Assembly (NCBI RefSeq): GCF_964204645.1
Contig: NC_134036.1
Span: 9,031,859-9,095,858, forward strand
Length of the DNA stretch: 64,000 bases
Reading direction: 5' to 3'
Origin: Tubulanus polymorphus
Taxonomy: Eukaryota; Animalia; Nemertea
A program made the position numbers and the translations under genes. Positions 41,341-53,645 of this stretch are shown here, piece after piece (position 1 is the stretch's first letter; the number at the start of each line of letters is the position of its first letter). The notes under the pieces are model-generated. The model worked only from the letters and a program-made list of their open reading frames with translations, ran no database searches and had not been told where the DNA came from.

Positions 41341-44300
41341 ATGGCGGATAAAAATGTAAACAGGAGTCTCGAGTCAAAGGGTGTGAGAGGAAAAAGAAAA
41401 CTTTATTTTGGAGGGAATAAAAAGGGAAAGAAAAACAAAATCAAAAAGATGATAGAATCAAGTAAGTATTCTATGATCCTATTTTCATATGAATTTACTG
41501 TTAATGTTAGTGTTCTTATTTCAATTAAGTGTTATCAATAAAAGCTCTAATGTATTATTACGTGATTCTTTTTTCCATTTTCATCAGTTTTAAAATCAAT
41601 CGTGTATAGTTAACTCATATTTAAGTCTTCCTTTGATTATCTCCAACCAAAAAGTATACTCTCTCAAAAATAAATTGTGAAGTTCTTTAATAAAATAAAC
41701 AGGCCCGATAATCAAAGGAAGACTTAAATACATGTAAGACTGTAAATTCCAAAAAGCATTTTTCCAATGACGTTACAATGGATTTTCCCATGACGTGACT
41801 ATTGCGGACTGCCGAGAGGATTTTTTTGTGTTAGACCGAGTTCCAGTTCTGTGATTTTCTCAGAATATTGCCACCTTGTGTTGATAAACCACCAACAATT
41901 GAAGTCACACTGGAGGGTAAGTTTTATAGTAGTAAATTATATAATTTATTCTCTCACCGACATGAAATGAAGTCATTCATTATATTAAAACAATTTTGCC
42001 AACATATCAAGTATCAGTTTGTGTCATCAATAAATATATTAATGGCAATACATTTCGTGAAGTTCAAAAGTTCTGAAAAGTTAATTTGTTACACTAACAA
42101 TGGTTGTTTCATGTACTAATAAAAATCTAAACAGTGAAACTCTCTTAAGTCAGGATGATCATGATGTAATCCAGATGAAGACTTACTAAATTTTAGTCCT
42201 ATAGAAATTGGGACTAAAATATAGATAACATTTGTTATGTGACATATATGATGATGACTGAAGCGAGTTTAACTGTATATTAAAGATTAAATGATCACTT
42301 ATTTTGTGTAAATTCAAAGCTGGATTCACACTACCACTAGTTCGACCGGTTTAGTTTGGATTGGATCAAATCACTGAGTGTGCGTTCACATACGCGTTGC
42401 TAAATTGGTTCCAGATTGTAATGACTTGCAGTTTTATATTTGAACAATTGTGATGATTGCAGTTTATTATATTATATAATATACTGCAATCATCAAAATT
42501 GTTCAATTCAATAGTTTTAAACTCATCACGCTTTGGTCCAGTCCAAGTTGGACCGGGCCAAATTTAGACCAGTCTAAATAACTTTGTGTGATCACGCTTT
42601 AATGAACTTCAATACATTGCTTTATTAATATGCGAGATGCAAAATGCACTTTATTTCATTTCTTAATACTTGCAAGTAGCAATACCTTTTTTATTTAAAT
42701 GTTTTATTTATGTTTTCATTTTGATTTGATTAAGGAAACATGAAAGCAACTAACATGAACAGTAGTGAAGATCTCCAAAATTCTGCCGCCCACTCGTACT
42801 CGAATACATCATCAGATGCAGAAAGTTTATCATCATTTTCATCAGATTCATCACATATTCTACCTCTGGCAACATCAAGTCCTATCCATCCCACTGTTCC
42901 ATTGAATTCATTTAAAACACCCCTTCAATTTACCCCATTAGTTCAGAAAGTTCATCAGGAATCTCAAACAGACGTAGAAGAAGGAAAAGTTAATCTACAC
43001 ATATCCCTATTACAGAAAGAACTAAAACAAAGAGATGGTCAGCTAGTTAAAATGGAATTAGAAATTGAACAGTTGAACAATACAATCGTTCAATTGAACC
43101 AACAATTGATGGAAAAAAACAACATATTACTCGAAAAAGACAAGAAAATCAAAATTGTTCAGGCCGAAAACAAAAGTCTTAATAGCATAAAGTCGCACAT
43201 GGATTCTGTTTTTGGCGCAACCAATATTGTTCAGCTTCCTGATAGCTATACCATCAATGATCCAATCTTTAAAGGTCGACTTATATCATCCGCGCACACA
43301 TCCACTTTCACTAAATTAGACGAACCAATTGTACCATCACTTTCAGCCAGTCAACAAACAGTAGAGAAGAGGGCAGCAAAATTGAAAACCATTTTAGATT
43401 ATACATCAGCGAAAAAACCTACAATAGAAAATAGTTCATTTACTTTAGCTAAATTTCTGAATCAATATCAAAATCTCGCTAACAATGCATTGAAAATTGC
43501 TCGATTCAATGCTGTTTCAAAAACCCTCACACCAGAAGAAGCGGTCGAACTAAAATTAAGATTACGCTTGACGATGACTCGTTTGCTTCAGTTAATACAG
43601 GTTCTAAGATACTACAAAATTAATATATTTCCTGCAATAGCCAAAATTAGAGCCGAGATTGAGATGCGTGGCAGGAAATTGGCTCCTTACATATCGGTCG
43701 GAGAGAAACCACTAGAGGTGAATAGTCGCACCCACGAGATAAAAATTTCCCCATATGCAACAATATCCAATGTTAAACATCAGCTTGAAAGGACTGTGTC
43801 ACGGTTAATAAGATCTGGCAAATTGATTGATTCAGAAGCATTTCACGGGGAAATCTGGGTTAAGATTGGAATTGACAAAGGGGGTGGGAGTACAAAGATG
43901 ATTTATTCTATCGTTAACAGCAGGGTGGGTAATAATCCCGACGAAGCTGAAATGTTAGGATATTTCGAAGGAACTGACTCTACCGTAAATATGGAGAGCA
44001 TATTTGGGTATTTCAGACATGAAATGTCCGCAACAAATTACATCGATGTAGAGATTGAAAATGAAGAAAAGAAAGTAATAGTTCGATTTTTCATTATCGG
44101 CGACTATCATTTTCTATGTCAGTGCCTAGGTCACCAAGGATCTACTGCTACGTATCCTTGTGTGTGGTGCCTTGTCAAACTAGAGGACATCAGGAAAAAG
44201 AATAGTTTGCCACATAACTTGGAATCCTGCAAGTTCACAGAGAGAACAATTGCACAGTACAAAGACAATCTAGGCAGGCTGAATGAAATTCAGCCTGGAC

Positions 44301-45541
44301 CAGAAACTGAAAATGTATGCGCACCAATGCTTATAATGCCTGATGACTTGGATCATGTTGTCCCCCCTCCACTACATATATCCCTAGGCCTCGGTCTTTT
44401 CTTTTTCAACATGTTGGAAGACAAATGTAAAGACATAGATAGAGTTTCGCTAGGAGATCGAGATCCTGATCTCAACGCCGAATGGCAGGATCTCTCAAAA
44501 AATCTTTCAAGATTAACCGCTGAATTAGAGTCATTGAAATTAGAAATCAACAGTAGTAATGATGTATTAGACATGTTAAAGACTGCCAAGAAGAAAAAAA
44601 GAACACCAATTAGCTGCACGGCACCTATATGTATTATTCGAACCATTGAACAGGCAAAGCCTCATCAGTATACTTACTGTAAAGAATGTGAGGCTCCATA
44701 TCACAGTCAGTGTATCGATAATGTAGATAATTTCATTTGTGTCGAATGTGTCACTGGTAAGAAACCATCAGCAGATTCTATAATCAAACAAAGTGTGAAA
44801 TACATCAATGATTTAAAAACTCTACAAAATAGCACAAAATCACAAATAGGTGAAGCCCAAACTCTACTCAACAAAGTATTCGAAAGAGTCAACGCTAAGA
44901 TGGGTCCACTGCAGAAACGCCTGAATGAAATACTTAAAGAAATAGGAATCGATAAACAGGCATATCATTCGAATTCCTTTGTAGGAAATCATATCCACAA
45001 ATTACTGTATATAGATCAAAGGTCGGGTGTAAACAACCCTCAGAAATTATGCAAAGTTCTTGCCGGGCACCCAGAGGAGGAACATAAATTCTATTCTCTG
45101 TTTGAGAAATTCCATCATTTATACAGCTTATATACAGCCAACCGGATGCTTACCCCTCAGGAAATTGATCAGTTAGATTATCTTTGCAATACATTTGGAT
45201 CATGGTTCCCTAAAACCTTCCCCCAAACTAATATCACACCCAAGCTCCATATACTTCTGTTTCATGTACCTAGATTTGTTAGATTATGGGGCTCTCTAGG
45301 CCTGTTTAGCGAACAGGGCCTAGAGTGCAAACATGCAAGTGTAAACAGAGATGCACGGATTTATTGCACAATACGAAACAACATCTTCAGAACCAAACTA
45401 CTATTCATCAATCAAGGATTGTATACAACTAAAACCCTGAAGATCGATGCTATAAAAAGAAAATGTCAATGCGGAGGTTTCTATAAAAAAACCAATGAAG
45501 GTAGAGTTTGTAAAATCTGCAAGAAAAATGCAAAATTATAG
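41341..45541 (+). CDS. Chapaev-type DDE transposase A, intact (exons 41341-41461 and 42735-45541), with an inserted PHD finger
   Basis: Motifs KIGIDKGG, IGDY..C..GHQG....YPCVWC, PPPLHISLG, YHSNSFVGNH, ITPKLH and SEQGLE..H. C4HC3 finger at 44615-44749. The phase-1 splice is in frame. Confidence 0.9.
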
Positions 45542-45654
45542 ATTTACCAAAATACAACAATTAAAAACCAATTTTCATACAGTAAATGAAAATGGTATAT
45601 GAATTGAAATCCTTGATTAGTATATAGATAGTAGTTATGAAACCGTGAATACGC

Positions 45655-46260
45655 AATTAAGCAACTTGAATATCAATAGTCAGTGTAGAGGTGGAAGCGA
45701 AATGGGCCAGCATTCCTTCTGTTTAAATCTCTCCCGCCCGCTACACTGGCCAGGGGATAATTTCAGTTGCTTATTTTGGAATATTGGTTTAAGGCAGGTG
45801 TGCATCAAACACTCACCGTTAAGAAAATCCTGTAAAGATAATTCCACATTGACTGATTAAAAACTTGTATTGTAGTAAATCTGTAAATATAGTAAAATCA
45901 AAATGTTATTATCTATGAATTTCACCTTAAATCCAAATTAAGCAACTTGAATATCAATAGTCAGTGTAGAGGTGGAAGCGAAATGGGCCAGCATTCCTTC
46001 TGTTTAAATCTCTCCCGCCCGCTACACTGGCCAGGGGATAATTTCAGTTGCTTATTTTGGAATATTGGTTTAAGGCAGGTGTGCATCAAACACTCACCGT
46101 TATGAAAATCCTGTACAGATAATTCCAAATTGAATGATTAAAAACTTCTATTGTAGTAAATCTGTAAATATAGTAAAATCAAATTATCTTTGAATTACAC
46201 TATCAATTCCAAGTAATTTGAATATCAATAGTCAGTGTAGTCAGCATCGCTACACTGACC
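45655..46260 (+). ncRNA. Tandem hairpin array 3' of transposase A (2 full units, 281-bp period, plus a collapsed third); candidate pre-miRNA-like RNA
   Basis: GTCAGTGTAGAGGTGGAAGCGAAATGGGCCAG pairs with CTGTTTAAATCTCTCCCGCCCGCTACACTGGC (45679-45750, and again from 45960). Basal stem TAAGCAACTTGAA / TTCAGTTGCTTA. Function as an RNA is inference. Confidence 0.55.
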
Positions 46261-47183
46261 CAAGTCAGGTATCAAAAATTGAACGCAACGTTTTGGTAAA
46301 GTCGCTATTGGTTTTCAATGAGAAAATAATTCAAAACGTGACTGTTATTGGCTTAAATTGTTTCATGAAACCAGACCCAGGGGCTTATTTTAGAATATTG
46401 AAGGCAGGTGATGGGAAATGTACATCCAAATTAACTGAATAAATACTTCTAATTGTAAATACATTAAAATCATATCTGTAAATACGATGAATCAAAGTTC
46501 TAATAGCCTACATTGAGACTATAATGTTTTCTTAAAATAACTAAAAAGCTGTAGGCCTATCTTGTATCAAACTTACATATTTGATTATATGCTTACAAAC
46601 AGCGAATTAAACATTTTACGTTAAATTTATGACAATGCGTTCGGCTTACCTTCCTTTTTGTGATCATAAAACTGCAATGACCAGATAATTTGCATTACTC
46701 TTTCCAGGCTGAAAGACAAAAATTTGAAATTTTCAGTTGACTTTTTGATCCAGACAGCGTAGCATGAAATAACAAAAATGGTATCGTGCTAACCTTAATA
46801 ATATGCTCTTCCATAGTCCATCATGTACGCTATATCACACTAGGCCCATGTGGTGTTTGAGTCAAGTCGTTTGGGCAGCAAAAATTAGGCAGATAAAACT
46901 TCCAATAGATAACATTCACACGGACCTTATCGCTGTAAAAAGTAGCCTATCCTACGGCACGCACCCCCGCCTCTCACCCTTAAAGTGCACTGCTGAACTG
47001 ACCTTTTTGTGCGAACCAAGACAATGCACAATGAAAAATCCTTTATCTGATTCAATTTGTGAGTTAAAAAGCCCTGAACGTGGCTACGTAGGTCTGATTT
47101 TAAAAAATATCCCAAGGGAGGCTCCATTTAAATTCCCCAGGCCGGAAAGCATATAACCGCTGCTTCGGGTATGTCTCAGCTAC

Positions 47184-47731
47184 CTAATGTCTATTTATTA
47201 ATGGATGAGACCTGTTTTTCTGGGATATTTTGCTTACTTTTTGGGGTACATACCTCATTTATGTCTTAACAGAATGCCAAAAATTGCGGACAACAACTGA
47301 ATATCCGATATATTTCCAGTTCTGTACCAATTAGATGGATTGGCAAAAAGACTCCTTAAGTCCAATTGAATGAGAGAGAAAATCCTCCATTTTGTGAAAT
47401 TTCTTGAATTTTTACATTGTCACCATGCCTACGAAATGAAGTTATTTTTCTTGTGGGGTCTCAACAACTAAATCAGGGTGGCGTAGGCATGGTAACAATG
47501 TTCAAATCCAAGAAATTTGACAAAATGGAGGATTTTCTCTCTCATTCAACTGGACTTAAGGAGTCTTTTTGCCAATCCATCTAATTGGTACAGAACTGGA
47601 AATATATCGGATATTCAGTTGTTGTCCGCGATTTTTGGCATTCTGTTAAGACATAAATGAGGTATGTACCCCAAAAAGTGAGCAAAATATCCCAGAAAAA
47701 CAGGTCTCATCAATTAATAAATAGACATTAG
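47184..47731. repeat. Long near-perfect palindrome/foldback (250-bp arms, 48-bp spacer), probable MITE
   Basis: 47184-47433 is the reverse complement of 47482-47731 with only scattered mismatches. Confidence 0.92.
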
Positions 47732-48482
47732 TCGATACATGAGGATGGCTTGGCTGAGGCCTTTTAATTGTTTGATAAGGACTAGGCCTACTAATCTTAT
47801 GTAGACTAGGCCTACGGACCCATTTCCCCCCATCGATTATCATCATGGTGAGTTAAGTAGCCTACCTGGCATTTAGCTTCGTGTAAATATTGCATCACCT
47901 TTACTCATGTCTCAATTCGACATCTACTGACTAATTTACCAGGTGTTATGAGTCTAAATCGAGAGTGACTAACTAAGTAACTGAACGCGGAAGTAGAAGT
48001 TTTTGTCGTAATTTTAGATTTCGACCTGCCGGGTACACTACCCCTATCACCCCAGGCCCAGCTAAATACATCTATTGCAATCCTCATAGCGTTTAATTCT
48101 AATTTATGAAATTTTGATAACAAAAAAACAAATCAGTAAACGGTTTCTGCCTTCAAATACACGACGAATTTCACATCGGCAAAACAAAACAACCGTCCGC
48201 CATTTTGTTAAAATAATCCGCTGTCACATGACTACGAGTATCAGAATATATATATTAATATGTTATTTCAATGGATCATACAAGTTATTCTTAATATTAG
48301 AGGGATAATGGATATTTAAGATAAATTGCGTTAAAATCAAATTGATTTCGATGAATGTAATATGTGTTCGTATTCAACGTCGGAGACTGCCGAGCTTGGG
48401 TGAGCGTGAAGCCACGAAGCTTAGCTCCGCCCACTATAAGTTCGAGTTCACGCTGCGATAGACCGCTGTACGGTCGTGACAT

Positions 48483-49113
48483 GATGTATTACAACTGTGG
48501 ATTAATTTCTTTGATTTGTACAAATATTTGTCTGATGATACACATGTACCAGAACTATTGGTTTTCTTTAAAAATGTGAAAAATTGGATCACTGATTTTC
48601 TCAGTCTTGGTTCTCAAAGGAAGGGATACAAGAAGGCCAATATCACACCCTATATGCATGCGCTTCTTTTCGATGTACCTTTCTTTTTGGACAAATTTGG
48701 TCCGCTCAAAAGGTATACAGGACAAGGGATAGAAAAGTTGAATGCGATTATCAAAAGGTACACATGGCTAAGACCTGTAAGGCTGATTCAACTAAGGAGG
48801 TATTAACGGTCCTGAAAAGAATAGAACATTTAAAGGACTCTGGCCATGAAAGAAAGAAAAGGGCATATAAGAAAACTGATCAAATTACTGGTTGTGGGAA
48901 AAGCACTCCCGGGCTCAAAGAAAAAAGCGTAGAATACTGCAGGAGATACAGGAAAATTGTGTTCCATGTGATCCTGTACCTGAAAGTGTTGAGGGATTAA
49001 GGTCTGATCTTTTGAAAATGGGTGTTAAAAGTATGCGTAGAACCTATGAACCCTTGAATAAATTATTCTTGATGAAAAGAGAGTTGTTATTAAAGCCTAG
49101 CAATTCAAAATGA
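48483..49113 (+). pseudogene. RAG1/Transib-related transposase, 3' part
   Basis: Continues in frame from 40154 (QTKH|DVLQLWINF) through ITPYMH and TGQGIEKLN. Frameshifts at ~48755 and ~48885. Confidence 0.85.
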
Positions 49114-51763
49114 GGTACGAAAGCCCTGCGAATCAGTGGTTGGGCTAAGAAAATAGCCATCATGAATGAGTGGTGCCCTTTTCTTTCTTTCATGAGTGTT
49201 GCCAATTTTTCCTGATTTCGGGATTTTGACATGCATAATTCCAAAATTATTTTGATTATAGTGTAAAAATGCGATGATTTTGAAGGTGCAGACACCCATT
49301 TTCAGAATTTTTGTACATGTAGTAAGAAATCAATTTGAACATGTATGAACTTAAATTATTTTTTAAAAAATTATCTGGAATTTGACCAATTGTTGTAAAA
49401 ATGTGATGATTTTGTGGAACCATCGATTTAGAATGTATATACGCATGGCTCGGAGAGGGTGGGTCCTGAGATCTCTAAATACATAAGACATACTAAATGC
49501 ATGACCCCTTTCATGAGAGAAGAGTATATTGATGTAACTGATATTGATTGATGAAGTTGTCTTTCATTTTGTGTTATGTATTCTGTCCATTCTGTGTTAT
49601 GTATTCTGTCTCAAAATAATTACTAATGTTTGTATTAATATGTTTATTTTTCTGTTTTTAAAAATAAAATGTTTGCTTATATTACATGTATTCTCAATTA
49701 CATTTATCGGGATCAGATGGTGGATTCAATATTAACAATTTTGGAAAGGATTTATTTTTCGAAAACTGCTTTTGGACAAAATTTGATGGAATAGCCTAAT
49801 ACCAGGGTCCGTAGCGGTCTTTAAATTCCATGAAGGTTTTTGAATTATGTTGCTGGGGAAATACTATAATCTTTAAATTTGAAAGCCTGTCTTTGGAAGT
49901 CTTTAATGTTATCGATTATCGCCGAGTTGTATGGTGTACGGACATTTATTTACTGAAGACAATTCAATGCGTAGCAACAGTCAGCGCCTCGTGATGTCAG
50001 TGTAAGTCAGTGTACACGGGGCTAAGCGCTCGAGATGCAGATTACTGATGTATAGAGGCCTACAAACACCATCACATACACGCTCTAGTCACCATGCTGG
50101 CAACACATCCAGTGCTCATATATTGGGGCGCGCGCGCGCTCGCGCTATACGTTTTGTTTCAATACAGTGTTTGAATGAAAACAGTTTTTTTGAATGCAAT
50201 ATACTACATGAATTATCATTTTTAGAGTAATTATCGGTCTAATAATTATCAGTAAGTATTTGAAATGATTTATATTGGGTCATGAGGGGGAAGGTGCGGT
50301 ATCGGCATTGACGAGGTGGACGGGAACCGAGAAAATTAGGGCCTACGGTTGAAAAAATCATTTGAGAATATTATATTCTGAGGGACGAGCCTATTTCAGA
50401 GGAGATTTTTATTAAATGGGAAGGGTGATGATGTCATAGGATTTATGAAGGCAAAAATTGCATGGCGTGTCCACGGTGTCGTCAAATTCGTGATTTTAAG
50501 CGTCCATTTAAAACCTTAAAATTTTTCTGATTTTTACAGAAAGGTAGGTTTTTGGCTCTAAATTGGAAAAATCAAATCTGCGACTATCCGAATTTGTCTT
50601 ACACCGTTGTGACCGTAGACACCCGTATATGGCGACTGTATAGTCAACTCATGCATGAAATGCATTTTTGCTCCATCTATTGACAGCGAAACACACTAAG
50701 ACACCACTCAACGCGTGCCCGTAATGGGAAAAACACTTGACTTTACCGATCAATTTTTACGGTTAATTTGGAAAAACTTTTCTCTGCAGTCGGTAAATGA
50801 TTTTTACATCATGAGAATCACATTATTCTAAAGTAAATTTATTAATACTCAACTTTTTACAATAAAACATCATGGAAGATTAACTGCCGTTTAAATCAAA
50901 TCACTAACACAAAACTCAATAGCGCGCGAGCTTCAACAATGCGTCGATGGCTGTCATGCGCAACAATGGATTCACGAGAAAGTTCGGCATGGGGATTCGA
51001 ACCTGACAGGTACAGGCTATCGCGTTCGGTTTCGTTGCGAACGAGATCCGTCCACCATTTTCAACGTTGCCGAACCCCGTCGAACCTCACGCCGTTTTTC
51101 AGTTTGTCACTCATTATCTACATTATTTTGATATAAAGGTAAGTAATTTCATATATTTTAGTTGCTAGATCGCATAAATTTGGGCCTTAGATCGAGTTGA
51201 ATAACGCGTTGGACAAAAAGCCTGTTGTAATGAGCAATTATACAGCCTACTACCATTCCTTCTGGACCCGGGGCCCTGCCTGCTTCCCTTTTCTGGTTTG
51301 CCCCTTTATTTTTCGTTGAAATTTTTTTTACCTAGTTCCTTTAAACAATGATAATATGCCTTCTCTACTTCGTAGCTAGTGAGACATACTACGTAGAAGA
51401 GACTTAGTCCGGTCTCGACTAGTAGCATTTCCCTTAAAATTAAACGCTGTAAAAAAAATCACGGGTCTGTTTTTATTTTTAAAAGAACGAATTTGTTCCG
51501 ATAGGCCTACAATATATCCGCGACGTACGTAACTTAAAGTTCTGTATCGGGTCTGACCTCACAGAGATTAAATCGAGTTTGTTTGATACACAATTAATCT
51601 TGAGATTATCTTCAAAATAAAGTCGTGTAAAATTCATCAAAAATGTTTTATTATCAATCAGAACTTAGGCCTATCTTTATCAGTTCGTAGCATTTGAATT
51701 AACATTCATATTGTTGTTCTAGATGCTGTAAATTGCAACATTTTTTGCCCGATTTTTCAAAAG

Positions 51764-51768
<5 letters not shown>

Positions 51769-51812
<44 letters not shown>
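51769..51812. repeat. (TA)n microsatellite
   Basis: Uninterrupted TA run. Confidence 0.95.
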
Positions 51813-51815
<3 letters not shown>

Positions 51816-51890
51816 GCAGCGACTTGCTGTTTGAATATTCGCAGCGATTTGCTGTTTGAGGTAGAAATTATGGCACTGTTATGTCCCCTA

Positions 51891-52620
51891 GGCCAAAATA
51901 AAATATACCTTTGTTTCCGGTGTCATGTCCAAAATTTGGTAGGGTAGGTAGGTAGGGAAAACATTTTATTTAAAAAAAATATTTCTTTCATTCGCCGATC
52001 AAATGTCCAATAATATTCAATATTAAACAATTAATGTTCGCAACATTTTAACCTCGACTTATATAGTTATATAGAATATAGTTTTCTACTTAGTATTTTC
52101 AAGTCAAAAGAAATATTGATCAACAAAGTTTTATTACAAATTCTACGAAACAGAAAAGACAGCGATCAAGTTGCTCTTATTTTCTCACTGCTAGGCCTAT
52201 AATAGTTTAAATGATTATTCATGATGAATAAAGTTATTTTACTAAATAAACTTCTTTCATTTGAACACTACTTGAAACGTACACGGGCGCTACTGAGCAG
52301 CGCTCATACTAAGCTATATATACAACATGTATTACTCACACTCTGTATCACTATACTACTAGGCCTATAGTGTATATCTGCGCGCGCTGTCCATTTATAA
52401 GCACACAGCAGCAATCCGATTTACGCGTGCCGTGAAGGAACAAACTATTCAATAAAACAATACCGACGGCCGATATGTAAAATATTCTCAAAAGCACAGA
52501 CGGTCGGAATTCGTTCTTAATTATTTTATTTTCCACCGAAGTCAAAAAAATGTTTTCGGTCGGCACCTTTTTGACAGGGTCTGTCGGAAACCGGAAACAA
52601 AGGTATATTTTATTTTGGCC
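51891..52620. mobile_element. MITE with 30-bp perfect TIRs (PIF/Harbinger/ISL2EU-like)
   Basis: GGCCAAAATAAAATATACCTTTGTTTCCGG and its exact inverse, with flanks CTA / TTA. Confidence 0.8.
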
Positions 52621-53645
52621 TTAATTCCTATTCGGACCCCTGCCTTCTTTCAATCCAAGATCCGCCGCTGTTTACGCCCAAGACGTAAAGTGATTTACCA
52701 CCTCACAATATTGGCGCTTTTGCACTTTTGTACCCCCTCCCAGAATGTTTATTTTAGCATTTTATTTATCAGTGACAGTGAAGTCTGGGGAATAAAAATC
52801 TGTAACTTTGAGCCAAAAACACCTACTTTTTTTCGTAAAAATTTTAATGATTTGGGCCGTTTTTCGACCGAATCAGACGCCATAATGGTTTCTGCAACTT
52901 TATAGTTGTGCTAACTACCACCGAGAACCATCCTATTATATTTGTTCTATTTTCAAGAATCTATGTGTGAAAATATCATAAGATTCTAATTTAACCGATC
53001 CCCGATACCCATAAGTAAGCGTCTCGTGAAGGCGGCTGCTGCGGTTGACAATTCAATGCAATGATTCTTGATTGTTCCGTAATGGGAGGGGGGTACGAAG
53101 GTCCCTCATGGCGGATCTAGGAGGGGGGATTGGACGCGCCCCTTTTTTTCGGTTGAATGACCTTTGAATCATCTACCCAAAAAAATCACTAGAGATTTTC
53201 AACCCGCCGTGAAATTGTGAGCATATTTCATTTCTAATTTCACCCAAGAAAATGCTCGGAATCCATCTAAATGGATCTTATTGACGGGCAAAGAAGTATG
53301 TGTTTATTTGAATAGTGACCCTAAATCTCATGTGCCCCCCCTTTTCTAAAACTTTGATCCGGCCCTGGGTCTATAGGCCAATCTGTCAGTAAGTGCCCTC
53401 CCTGAGAGACGTTCCGCTTGACCCCTGTCTGTCACGCATGCTCTCCATGCAACATTTTGATCCGCAATATCTGGATATTCAGTTCATCTACAATTATTCA
53501 GTCTGAATACCAGACGTTACGGTCCCCTATGTCTGATACCAAACTGTCATAGGCCCTATAGAGGTTAATTCCTGTTTCTTGCAGTGCAACCACAGTTTTT
53601 TTTCCACAATCCAAGCTATTTTATCAAATGAACTGAATAATTACC

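Larger units (their letters stand above)
40155..48478 (+). mobile_element. Complete Chapaev-type DNA transposon A, 8324 bp
   Basis: 11-bp perfect TIR CACGACCGTAC/GTACGGTCGTG. 4-bp TSD ACAT at 40151-40154 and 48479-48482. Removing the element restores the host reading frame. Confidence 0.93.

Noticed and set aside
41864-41916. Extra coding exon in the Chapaev A intron
   Set aside because: It has a good donor, but none of the nearby acceptors keeps the frame between exon 1 and the main exon.
43876-43895. Hairpin 3' arm targeting the transposase's own DKGGGS codons (AGGGGGTGGGAG)
   Set aside because: Only ~12 nt of G-rich, low-complexity complementarity with a mismatch, and weaker in element B; plausible by chance.
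35938-50301. CAC...GTG ends with a 5-bp TSD CGGTA as termini of the chromodomain/RAG1-like element
   Set aside because: CGGTA|CAC at 35938 and GTG|CGGTA at 50296 both exist, but there is no inverted-repeat similarity beyond CAC, so chance cannot be excluded.
50985-51010. tRNA genes at B-box-like GGTTCGA motifs (minus strand; also ~2620 and ~24150)
   Set aside because: No cloverleaf could be built; at most these are SINE remnants.
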